This document shows, in pieces, positions 37,009 through 48,313 of a stretch of DNA of 63,563 bases (positions are counted from its first letter, which is position 1; each line of letters starts with the position of its first letter). This DNA is from Craspedostauros australis (lineage: Eukaryota). The stretch spans positions 1-63,563 of the forward strand of contig JALAGF010001691.1 of the NCBI GenBank assembly GCA_030167865.1. The letters are read 5' to 3'. Made by a program: the position numbers and the translations under genes. Below the pieces are notes generated by a model that had not been told where the DNA came from, did not search any database, and saw only the letters and a program-made list of their open reading frames with translations.

Positions 37009-37836
37009 TTAGCGCCGCCCCTTGCTATTGCGACTCAAAAAGTCTTGATGCCGTGCTTCTGCCATGTAAAAACGCGCCGCCAACTCCACGTCCACAAAGT
37101 CCGGACTCCAATTGCGCACCGCAGCTTTCGCAATCGTTTCCTGCTGCGCGTTCAGTACAAACGCGGCCGTCCGGTACTGCGTCTTGGTTTGGTACGGCGT
37201 GCCAACGAGCTGCATCCACTTGTCCAAGATGCGTTCGTACGACATGGATTTGGCATCGTACTCGATGAGAAGAGATTCCGTGTGATCCTTCATGTCAAAG
37301 TACGTGGGGTTGGCTTCGTTGCCACCAGAGTACCCGACGATGCAGCGCTGATGTTCATGTACATTGATGGAAGTATAAAATAATAATTGATGCCAGACGT
37401 ACGAAATTGAAGATGCGTACGAATACGTGTATGGATGGAGATGATGGGCGGTGGGTGATGATTTGCACATATGTCAGTGGTCCGAACGCTGATAAATCAC
37501 TGACATACGACCTCGTCGTAGGGCACAGCCGCATCAACAGGATGCGGTTCTGTGGACTTGCAATGGCAGCTGCCTGTCACTCGGTCTCACCTTCACACCT
37601 GACATCGCCTTGAATTCTGGCTGCGGCGTCCAGAATCACCCGCATGCAACGATGGCGATTTCATTGCCAGGTCTCGGTCGAAGAGGCACCTCAGGGCATG
37701 ATGCCGACGCTAATGCCGATGCCGAATTGCGTTGTGGTACGACTATTGATCTCGGCGTCAACGCCGTTCTTGGTGGCGAAGGCGAAAAGGCGCAGATCGA
37801 AGCAATGCCCACCAGCAGGAGGGAACACCGGACCAT
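37009..37836 (-). CDS. MSRA: Selenocysteine-containing peptide methionine sulfoxide reductase A, predicted plastid-targeted (194 aa, Sec67); exons 37836..37591, 37347..37009
   Basis: GTT GCA TGC GGG TGA TTC TGG = VACG-U-FW at the MsrA GCFW catalytic motif (TGA 37638..37636). Phase-0 intron AAG|GTGAGA...CATCAG joins to RCIVGYSGG..NPTY..DHTE..QYRTA..FYMAEARHQDF. N-terminus MVRCSLLLVGIASICA-FSP. Confidence 0.92.
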
Positions 37837-38526
37837 CCTCAGGCAGAGAGTTTCGGATTCGGATTTGATCATTGTCATCATCATTGATGTTGCAGTCACC
37901 TCCACCCTCCCATTGTACTACTACTCTCGCCAGGAGGTCCGAATAGTGACAAAGATACCATCCTGTTTGGAGATGACGATTGTATTTCATTTTGTTAGCA
38001 ACTCCTCCAAATATCACTATTGAAAAATGACGCAAAATCAGGATGCCCTGATGACGTCCAGACTTACTGTGTGTTGCATCATATTTGGTCAGAAATAGAA
38101 AATCAATATTTGGGCAATATGTACACGATGACGGGACCATCGGAAAAATGATACAGGTATTCGCCTTGCAATCTTCTTTGATTCGTTCGGCATTTGGTGA
38201 AACCTGACCCAAACCTGTGTGAAGGTGTTTGCGGACGACGAATTGGCGGATGCGATTTGTTGTGGAGTCAACAGGTCCGAAGGGATGCGACAAATCGGTA
38301 CAGTGGAGACAAGATCTGGCGCTTTCGCACCTCCGCTCTCTTTCGGCAACGATCAAGAACACGAATAGCCCTTGACCAGCGTGCCCTCAGCATGTGCAAG
38401 GCCACGACAACCGTTTGGAAGACGTTCCCGGCGATGACGACGACAGGGAAAAGAACACAACCGACGCCACGGAAAGTGCGTCTTTCCAGTCCAACCCAGC
38501 CTCCGACGTGTTTCGAGTCATCGTCC

Positions 38527-39600
38527 ATGCTGGCGCAAACAATCGTAGTCGCCGTCACCCTCGCTGTGATCGCGCATGCCTTCGACGCTGCACCATCGAC
38601 AGGCTTCTGGGTGCACGTGCCCTGCAACATCCCAGGTGCGCAGGCTCTGTCCGACAATGCGACACCCCGAAGGACACCATCATCTTTGTCATCGCCCGTG
38701 ACCGACTTTGCCGAGTTCTTTCAGCCTCGGCACCAGCAGGGAAGAGCGCTGGAAAGAATAGGATGGCCCAACATCATCGAGCTGATGCCAACAGGATCAG
38801 ACGAAGCACCAGGATCCCCCAGCGCTCTCAAATCAGATGCAACAAGTCCAACAGGAAAGAGTCGGGATGACGGCAATGGCAACGGGAAGACAAGATCATA
38901 CGAGAACAGAAAGCCGCTGCGGCAGCAGCTGTTCACGTCACCGCTGATCTCAGTTCTGTACGAACGCATCTTGCCACCTCTTTGGGAAGCAGGTCTGCGC
39001 ATCGGCGGCCCGGATGCCGAATATGATGCGGCGACATCGCACCTCACTGGTGACGGCACGGGCATTCTTCTGGACTTATCCTGCGGCACCGGCTTCGTGG
39101 CGAGGCGATTTGCCAAGGCGGGCAGATACCAGCATGTGTTTGCTCTGGACTACTCCTTGCAAATGCTGGGCGAATGCAAGGCAACGATCCAACGCGATGT
39201 CGCCGAAACATCACAACGATCATCCATCGGAAGCAACACCGATGGCGCATACTGGAACGACCTCTCCCTCATTCGCGGCGATGCGTGCAAGCTCCCTTTC
39301 CGCGATGCCACTTTGGATGCGGTGCATTGGGGTGCTGCAATGCATTGCGTTCCCGATGCGGAGATGGCCATGTGCGAGATCTATCGCGTGCTGAAGCCCG
39401 GTGGTAAGCTCTACGCGACGACCTTCCTGCGTCCATTTCCGGACGTCGTCTTCCGCTTCTTCGAACTGCACGAGATCGAGCAGCTGGCTCGCGACGCTGG
39501 TTTCGGTGAACGGAGCGGCAGAAACAATGCCGGAGAGGCGCTGTCTGTGTCAAGAGTTGGTGTGTACGGTGTTCTGAAAGCGAAGAAAGGTATGGAGTAA
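38527..39600 (+). CDS. SAM-dependent methyltransferase (type 11/UbiE-like), predicted plastid-targeted
   Basis: Signal MLAQTIVVAVTLAVIAHA-FD. Motifs LLDLSCGTGFV, ALDYSLQML, IRGDACKLPF, LDAVHWGAAMHC, EIYRVLKPGG. LFTSPLISVLYER resembles plant plastid methyltransferases of the At2g41040/At1g78140 type (from memory, not searched). Confidence 0.88.
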   Translation: MLAQTIVVAVTLAVIAHAFDAAPSTGFWVHVPCNIPGAQALSDNATPRRTPSSLSSPVTDFAEFFQPRHQQGRALERIGWPNIIELMPTGSDEAPGSPSALKSDATSPTGKSRDDGNGNGKTRSYENRKPLRQQLFTSPLISVLYERILPPLWEAGLRIGGPDAEYDAATSHLTGDGTGILLDLSCGTGFVARRFAKAGRYQHVFALDYSLQMLGECKATIQRDVAETSQRSSIGSNTDGAYWNDLSLIRGDACKLPFRDATLDAVHWGAAMHCVPDAEMAMCEIYRVLKPGGKLYATTFLRPFPDVVFRFFELHEIEQLARDAGFGERSGRNNAGEALSVSRVGVYGVLKAKKGME

Positions 39601-40084
39601 CCGTATCGCAGAGTACAACAATTCTTCCTCCTCGCAGCCGACACTGCGGCGGCATCCTCCTGTTCGTCGATAACTGTACTAGTACGAGCTATCAGATTGG
39701 AAGATGCAATATCCAGCACAGGCCGCGTCTTGAGATGCACGAGTAGAGACGCTGGCAACCGAGAGATCGTACACGTTGTACGGGGAAAATGAGGCAATAG
39801 ACCCAAGCGGAATGGTAACGACAAGCCATTTCGAAGCATGGTGTGGAATGACATGGCATGGTGTGATACGACACTCTATGACAACTGTTAACACTGCACA
39901 GACGGTTCCAGAGTTAGGCATATTCTTCCTTGTGTCAAAATTGATGTGTTGTCGAAGCACAGCCCACAGCCCATAGTATCGGTGGTTCCGTATGGTACTC
40001 TCTCGCATACCCCGTGTGGCCATGGCCAAATCGATCGCCTGTGACCTACCACACCTCCCGTACTCGTACCATATTTGTATTTCA

Positions 40085-43000
40085 CTACATGCGTCCGCTT
40101 TGATCATTGAAGTCGTTTCCGAGATGTCCGTTGGGGTGAATATAGGATGAGGCATTGGCGTTGTTGCCAACCCCCATAGTTAATTGGCTGTTGCTGGTGT
40201 TTGCGTTTGTAACATTTGTTGATGCATTTGGATCCAGTTGAGCCGATAGCGGGCCTCGATGAACTTGCGTACCTGCGAACGAGGCTAATTGATTCAACGA
40301 GGCTTGATTCAGAAGTTGAGGTTGTTGCTCCTGCTGCTGCTGTTGCTGCTGAGATTGTTGCTGTGGCTGGAATAGCTGAGGTTGAAGATGCTGTAGTGTG
40401 TGTTGCATTGCTTGCTGCATGTCTCGAATCGGATGGTTGTCCCGGAGCGGTGTGGGTTGCAAGTGCGACTGACCAAGACCCTGCATTGAGTGTTGAGCTT
40501 GGACCCGTGCCTGCTGCTGCATCGATTGTGCGTTGGAATCTAAATGCATCGATGTGATCAGGATACAATTTCATGTGACGAAGTGAATTTGATTTGAGTA
40601 TAGAATGGCACCATGGTCCAGAAAGTATCGACGATCAATCCGAGATGAGATACGCACGTGGATAATGATAACGGAACGAAGTCATGGGTAGCAAAGAGCA
40701 GCGGTAGACACAGCGACGACAATTGACAAGTGAGCTCATCGAAGACCGACATGAGGAACCAGCAGTGTAAGGGCAGAACATGTTTGCTTCGTCCCGGCTG
40801 TTGATTTCTCGCACAAGGCATTGCGCTTGCTGCGCAATGGAGACAAAGAGCTGCAGGTACACTCGGATCACTTACTCATCCCGTACATGTTCATGTTCAG
40901 CCCGGTGAGCTGAGTGTTCCTCGGAAGCTGGTGCCCGAAACTCTGTGGTGCCGTCATGGCAGCTGCTGAAGTTTGTGGCGTTGCTGCGGCTGACGCCGCT
41001 GTGGAGACGACAGCCATAGGCTGGGTTTGCATCTGAAATCCCTGGTAGGGGAAACCGAGTGCTCCAATCGCTTCAAGCATCTGTGCGTTTTGTTGCATTC
41101 CAATCGGGAGCTGCGCACCACTGGCATTGCCATGCCCGGCCGGCTGCTGCTGCGATTGCTGTTGTTGTGACTGCGGCTGCTGTTGTCGTTGCTGTCGTTG
41201 TTGTTGCTGCTGCTGCTGCGGTACTCCGGCTGCATCCTGCTGAAGCTGACTGGCTATTGCATTGCCCTGCACATTTTGGAGGAAGGGAGACATGTCAATG
41301 AGATTCCCGCCACCGGCCACTGCTGCGGCTGCTCCCAACAGTCCTTGGTGAAGGTGCATCTGGAAATCGGATGCCGTGGGTAGACTACCTCCAGTTGCTG
41401 CGCTTGCTGTTGGTACCGCCCCTGCTGTTCTTGCTCCCGTTGACGTTGACGTTGACGGTGCTGGTGTTGCTGAGCCTGAGCCTGTGGATGGAGCTGTTCC
41501 TGCTGGTGGTGCGGATGCGACACCAAATGGGTAAGTTGATGGTGCGCCCCGGACCCCGCTAAGCGCCGATGCTGCCATCATTTCGTCTGTGTTTGGCCCG
41601 CCGTATCCATGTGCTATGAGCTCGTTGGCCGCGGTCAAAGTTGTCATCTGTCGATGCGCCTGTTGCTGTGCCTGTTGTTGCGTTTGTGCGGCGAGCGCGG
41701 TAGCTGCAGCCATCGTGAATCCCGATTGAAGTGCCGATTGCATCGGGTCGATGATCCCAGCGGATACTGCTGGGGTGTTCCCCATACCCCGCAGCGCCTT
41801 GTTCGCTTGAGAATTGCGTTTCTTCCTACCGTCATTCTCTTTCTTCCACTTCACCATCTTCGCCTTGTATTCAGCCCACATGGATGCCTCTTCTGCGCGA
41901 AACCTCTGCTTATCAGCTGCATCCGCCTCCTTCCACATGTTGCTGAGGATCTTGCTGATCTCTCCGTTGGTGCAATCCGGATTCTTCGCCTTCACAGCCC
42001 CCCTCCTGCTGTTGGCGTATGACAGATATGCTGACATGGGTCGTTTCGGAGCATTCGGGTTTCGCATTTTACGCGATCCGGGGCCACCGATCGAACCAGG
42101 GTACGCTGCCTTTTCCCGCTCGTACCGTTGCTTGTCCACACGGGCCATCTCTTCGTACACCGCCCGATCTTCAGGTTTCATGCCCCTCCATGCCTGTGCA
42201 ACCATCTTCGTGATGTTCGAGTGCTGCTTCGTTTGTGTTCATTCGATTCCATTCGAGTTCATTCGATCCCCACGGCATGACATGGTACGCCATGTTTCAT
42301 TTTGTGTTGGTGGGATGCAACGTGGTTGGTGCATTGGTAGTTTGCGTGTGATTGGTGAGTATGATCCATATATTGTGTTGCGTGCATTGTATAACATAAT
42401 AGTAATAGTACGAGCACGTGCGTGTTGTTTGGTGATGTTGGTTTGTGTACGTATTGCCCATCCACACGAAATGGCGTGTTTGAGAGGATTCAATGAAATT
42501 TGTTGTTTGTTGCGTTTCCAATCGCGCCCAGGGGGAAGTATTCGCAGCAGACAACAGGAATGACAAGGAGGGCGTGTGGTGAGGTCGTCGGTATCAGCGG
42601 GGCTTGGTTGGTCTTGGACTTTTCTGTGGCAAATAACAATCCCAACGCGCACGGGCTGATGACACATTTCTGCTGCCACTGCCACTGCTACATCATGATT
42701 CGCACGTTATGCACCATCACTCGCACAGATGCTTACCTGAACTCCATCCGCTTGTTTCGCAATTTCTTCTCTAACTTCTTTGTGCTTTTGCATGGAGAAG
42801 AAGATGAAAGAACTGCTCACAAAGTATGCGAACCAAGGGATGTTGAGGTTGTTGTTGCGGTTGGTGTAGTTGCCATATTCACAGAGTTGTGTTATTCATT
42901 TCCAGACAACGAACAGATGGAGTGGATGAGAATGACAATATGCATTCGAGACTCTAGAACACGAGTGCAAGTAGAAGTCCTCCACATTCGAATCTACCGG

Positions 43001-44489
43001 GGCAACTCCTGGTAGAGCCTTTCTGAGATTGGTTGGTGGCACGGCATAGCGCGGCATGCCGGAATTGAAACCAGCAACTGAGACATGGTCACAGCATGAA
43101 ACAAGGGAGATGTGCAGCCCCCACCATGAGGTAGATGATGTCACGTGCTTCCGTCCTCGATATCCATGTTCCGGCTTACCTTTTGAAACGCTTTGGGACG
43201 CTGGGTAGCTTGCCATCTACTGTGGGCGGCCCCTTGGCAGGACTACGTGGCTTCGAACCTTGTGGTGTCCAGGAAGGTGGAGATGACGCGTAAGCAGTAG
43301 CCGGCGGGTTAGATAACGATCGGCCACAAGTAATCTGGAATAGAGTACTCTACTCTCATGCCATCCCTATGCAAATACCAAATAGGCACTTACCTGGGTG
43401 TAGCGTGTTGTTGCGTGCGACGTTGCCCATTCTGCTGCTGCCAGCTCTGCTGGGTTTGTTGGCACGAGCACCTGGTTGCGACGTAAGTGTGCAGTGTTGG
43501 GATAGAGAAATGGAAACGCGGTGGAGGAGGAAAAGGCACAAGTGGTTTGGATGATGCAATGTGTTCGTGAGCGTGTGGATGTGCGGGTATGTCAGTGTAT
43601 CAGCGTATCAAATTATGATGCACGGATTCAAACGAGTATGTGAGTACGATGTCAGAAGGCGTGTGGGCAGATTTGCAGTTGGCCAGATGCAGCAATTGAT
43701 CGTTGCGTCGGCAGATGAGTCTGGAATAACGAAGGGTGTTGGACAAGGCAGAACACAAGACATGGAGACGAATTGGACCATGTGCGATGTATCTCTCGTC
43801 AAGACTGCAAGAAACGCCAAAAGGTACCACGAAATTCGTCAGCTGGCTACGACCGACGTCAATGGTGCATCATGGTCTGCCCTCGCGCTGATCATGGATT
43901 TGATACCATGACATGCCATGGCATGAGTCAGGGCCAGCATCATCAACGGCCAGATTGGGAACAGAAAGTCAGACTGGAAGCAAGAGAGCTTCACTGCTCC
44001 GCTGCTGACCCTCCGACTCCAATTCCTCAGTCGATCGTCACTTTGCGGATAAGGACGATGCCGGTGGTGGCGGTGAAGACCGTGCCTGCAATGTGGCTGC
44101 GCCGTCTCCATGTTGCTCCAGTTTGCCTGGGGCAACCAATGAGAAAGACAATTGAATGCATGTGGGTTGATATGACTCCGACAGTGCCACACTGCATGCC
44201 GTGTGAAACTGCAGAGCTCAACGGCGAAGATTCGAAGGAGCACCAACGTGCCCTCCCTCCATGTCCATCACCTGACCACCTAGTGAACTTGACAAAATGG
44301 CCAACATGATCCCCGCACTTTGTTTGATTGCTTACCAATTGTGCCTCCGACTCTTCCTGTGCCTCTACTTGCAACGCCGTTGCCGTTGCCGTTGCCAGTG
44401 GAATGGCCTTCGTTGGCGGGACCCCGAGCTCTATCGTCTATGTCATCGTCATTTGTGGTGGATCTTGGACCGTTAGCTGAACTGTCCAT
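40085..44489 (-). CDS. Tandem HMG-box protein with Gln/Ala-rich C-terminus (about 715 aa); exons 44489..44336, 43471..43394, 43216..43180, 42812..42737, 42223..40876, 40539..40085
   Basis: Spliced box 1: VPKRFKS|SFIFFSMQKHKEVR...Q|HSNITKMVAQAWRGM..YEEMARVDKQRYERE. Box 2: PNAPKRPMSAYLSYANSRR..ISKILSNMWK. All donors are GTAAGC/GTAAGT and the phases match. Exons 1, 2 and 6 are less certain. Confidence 0.8.
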
Positions 44490-47400
44490 CGCCTCTCCTT
44501 TGACAGTCCAGCCACCGAGTCTCGCTCAGCTAGAGCCTGGAGTGACAGTGTCGTAGTCGTCAAGTGCGGATCGCACGACGCCAGGAGGCAGCGGTGCTGT
44601 GCCGTTGTTGGTATGGATGCTGCTGGTACAGATACGGTCCTCTGTTTGTGTTCTTACAGGTATGCGGGTTTGCGCGTGTGCTTTTGCCTCGACGGTTGCG
44701 GAAGTGACAACCAAAGGTGGCCACTGTTGTTGCGTGATGTGGATTCGTGACCAACTGGTGGATGGAGAGAGTGGATGGCTTCCCCCCGTTTTTGCCTCGA
44801 ATGAATGTACGCGTGATACTCTGTGTCCTCGTCTGTTTGTTGTGATTGTCTGCTTGTTTGCTCGTTTGCTTTGCTCGTTTGCTCTGCTCGTTTGCTCGTT
44901 GCTCTGCTCGTTTGATGCCAATAGGCCAAAGTGGCGGGCGAATGCAATCACGCCAACAAATGCTGAAAGAGTTGTTGCTGTGATCAGGCTGTCCTTGATT
45001 GTGGGTTCACTCTTTTGAATGATTCACTTCCTGGTTCAATTCCTGGTGCAATTCCTGGTGCAATGCTTGGTGTGTACGAGCTAACCGTCTGTATTGATGG
45101 TATGGTATTGTCGGTGACGCTGGCGCTGGCGCCAATGGCGGACGTGATGTTGCTCTTCCGGTTTGTTCAGATTCGGTTGCCGATTTGTCGAGGACTGTGG
45201 CAAGAGTGACTGAAACGGATGACGCTGACGAAAATGACCTTGCTTGTTGCCGCGTGTGCGAGCTATGGTGAGGGAGCACCGCTGATCTTCGAGATTGTGT
45301 AGTGGATCCCCTGCGCGGTGAGCAAGGGACGTCTATTCGACCGAGAGTGATTGAGAGAGAAACACGCAGAGCGGAATTGCGACGATGCTCGCACCGATAG
45401 TCGACTGTAGTTGATCAGCTGTTCCTCAGTGGCCAGCCAACGCAACGAGCCGGCTGTTTGTGCTGTCTTTTTGTGTTGGCCTTTCTGGTTGTCTCTTTCA
45501 TCACAAACTCTCCGCTGCTCAGAGAGCAAGAAAACAACACAGTGTTTGTACTCCACCTTTGGGTGGATTGCGCGAATGATGGGTTCGACTATTTCTGCTC
45601 CAGCACAAAGTGGCTCTCTCGTGGATCCGATTGTGATTGGGGACGTGAAACGCATTCGGAGAATATCCTGACGCAGGCATCCAATTAAGAGTTTCGTGTT
45701 TCCAAATATGTCTGGTCCTGCCTGCTGGCGACACCCAACACTAACGTCACTATTTTTCACATTGGTCGCCATCGACGCCTGCCATCTGACAATTGGCACG
45801 TCGTCATGTTTCGCCACCAACCAACTGGAACAAACCACCTGCGACAACACATCATCGTCATGGACATCATCAACATCATGATATCTTCGGAATCTGTTGG
45901 GCACATCCAGAGCATAAGTGGAGTGTACACAAGTTCGGTATTCCGCAGAGCAGTTCGCATTTGTGTTGCAATTGTGTTTGCTTGCTGACGAGTGTGAGGA
46001 TCTCTTCCTCTCCTTGACGCTGACATGACACGCACTGGATGGCATCCATCTGTCTACAACAGTTGCCTCTTGGGTACCGGTCTGACTCATCATCTTCGAG
46101 AAATGATCGACAACAACAGTGCCGGTTGCACCTGCAGAAGCTGCCAGGCTGACGAATCACGCGCGTGCGGTCAAAGTGAAGTCGGGCGTCTCAACCTTTG
46201 GCCCAGGCGATGATTGTGAAGCTGGCGACAAACGTACACACACTGTGCCATCAGGATGAATGAGATTCCTTCGAGTCTGCTCACACACACACACACACAT
46301 GTTGCGCAGGCCTTCGATGTGTGGTGGTTGAAGTATTCTACTATATTCCCACCGTACCGCAATTGCGTGTGGCGAGGCAATCGCAAAATGCAAAGAGAGA
46401 GAGAGAGAGAGTGCTCCAAATACTCCTACACCAAGTATCGGTACTGGTACGCAACAGTGATCAAAGGAATGGACAAAGCCGAGAATCGGTGTGAGAGTTT
46501 GGTGGTTGAGTGATTGTATGGATGAAATAGGCTTCAGGAAGTGTGGTTTCTCCCTTGCCTCGTGCGTCACGGTCAAAAGCGCCACGTCCACTACGCATCT
46601 TGCAATTCCAATTGCAAAAGGAAGGGGGTAGGCATCCGTGGATGTAGGAATAAAGCCAGGCAACATGAGAAGAGAGGCAGGGCAACAGAGCAACACGAAG
46701 CCGTTCGGCTTCCGATGCCCAGGTTCGGACCCGAGTGGGAACGCGTGTCCTGGGCTGAGCAGTCCGTATGATACGAGCTGCAACAAGGACATCAGAAGAT
46801 CGGGTTGGGAGGAATACTCTGCATTGGTTGTACTCTCCCCGTATAGAGAATACCCTCTTCATACTACTCTGAACTATTATATTCTCTGCTCTTGTGCGAC
46901 TTCCTTGGGCATCTATCTTGTGGATACTAACCATTTCTTGCAACATAGGTGATCCAAAAAATCCCACAAAAACACTCTCCAAAGAGGTGGTCTCAATTTT
47001 AAATCAGCGCCCCACACCACACGCATCTTCTTCCGGTATTGGAAGGTGGCTGGCATAGAACATGTCGCAGAGTAAGAGAGCAGGGCGCCGCACCCTCGCA
47101 GAGTTACGGTTTCGCATGCGCTTCCACAGTTTGTTTACGAAAGCGCATCGAGCTCCCCCACACCGAAGGTAGCAACAGCGATGTTGGCAATGCATGTACT
47201 AGCTCGTATTGGGGAGGGGAAACGTGAGGATGGCGCGAATGTATCCTCCCTTGAGATCCTTTGTGCTCTTCTATTCTTCTGATCCAATCAGTGTAGCAAA
47301 GGAGGAGAAGCACGCGCAGAGCGGAGTAGTTGCATGTGTGATGAAGCAGAGCACAACAGCATGCTACTGGTATTGATGCGTACAAGGGTGAGCTACCAGC

Positions 47401-48313
47401 GCAGACACTGCTGTAGAGCAGAGCGGAGTTGGTCGTAAAGAAGAGTGCGCGGAGAACTGGACACACTCTCCCCACCCACAAGAAGACAGTCACAAACAGA
47501 CATCCGACACCGCTTCCCAAACAAGTGGCGGAATTCGCTCAATTGGGAGGGCACAAGAGATGCGGACCAAAAGCCTTCTCCCTGCGCGTTCTCCCTCTTT
47601 TTCTTTTCGCCACGTCGCGGGTTCGGACTTTTTTGACCACACCAGAGTAGTTCCATTGAAAAGGCTTTATGCGTCAGTGGACGCCACCGTTTTCGGCCAG
47701 CCGGGTTCTGCACAAGTGACGTCGATGTGGACGTCAGTGATAATTCCGGTCAGAAGGCGCCATTGAAGCGGTTTACGATCGACTCGCTTGACTTTATCAC
47801 GAAAACACGTTCTTCACAAGACTCATTGCGAAGTGACTGACGAGGTCGTATGACATGTTTCATGGAGCTCTTGGTCGTGTAGATCGGACTCGATTCGAGA
47901 TGCTTCCGATTGTGTCGAATCAACGGACTGCGAATTTGAAGGAAGCACGAACGAAACGACCATGGCGGAAAAAAGAGCAGCAACGGGCGTTGCAGAGCGC
48001 GTACATGGTACTGTGACACTGCAATGGTTGTGACCGGTAACAACAAGACCAAAAACGCGCCAACGAGCACTGTGCGAAGCATGGCAGCACGATGGTAACA
48101 ACAGGAGCACGATCGAATTGAATCCCAATTTCGCCTCTGCCGCCATGCCTCAAAGAAGAAGAGCAAGAAGACGAACGAGAAGAGTCCTGCGCAGCCAAAG
48201 CAAACTAAACCAGATCAAACGGAGCAGAGGAGCAAGAAGGGAAGGACACGTTTGCCAGATACAGACCGACACAAGCAAAAGCAGTTAATATCTGAAGCAG
48301 CAAAGACAGCAAG

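Noticed and set aside
47190-47280. Minus-strand peptide KGGYIRAILTFP resembling an E2 ubiquitin-conjugating motif
   Set aside because: Very short, flanked by stops, and lacks the HPN and catalytic Cys motifs.
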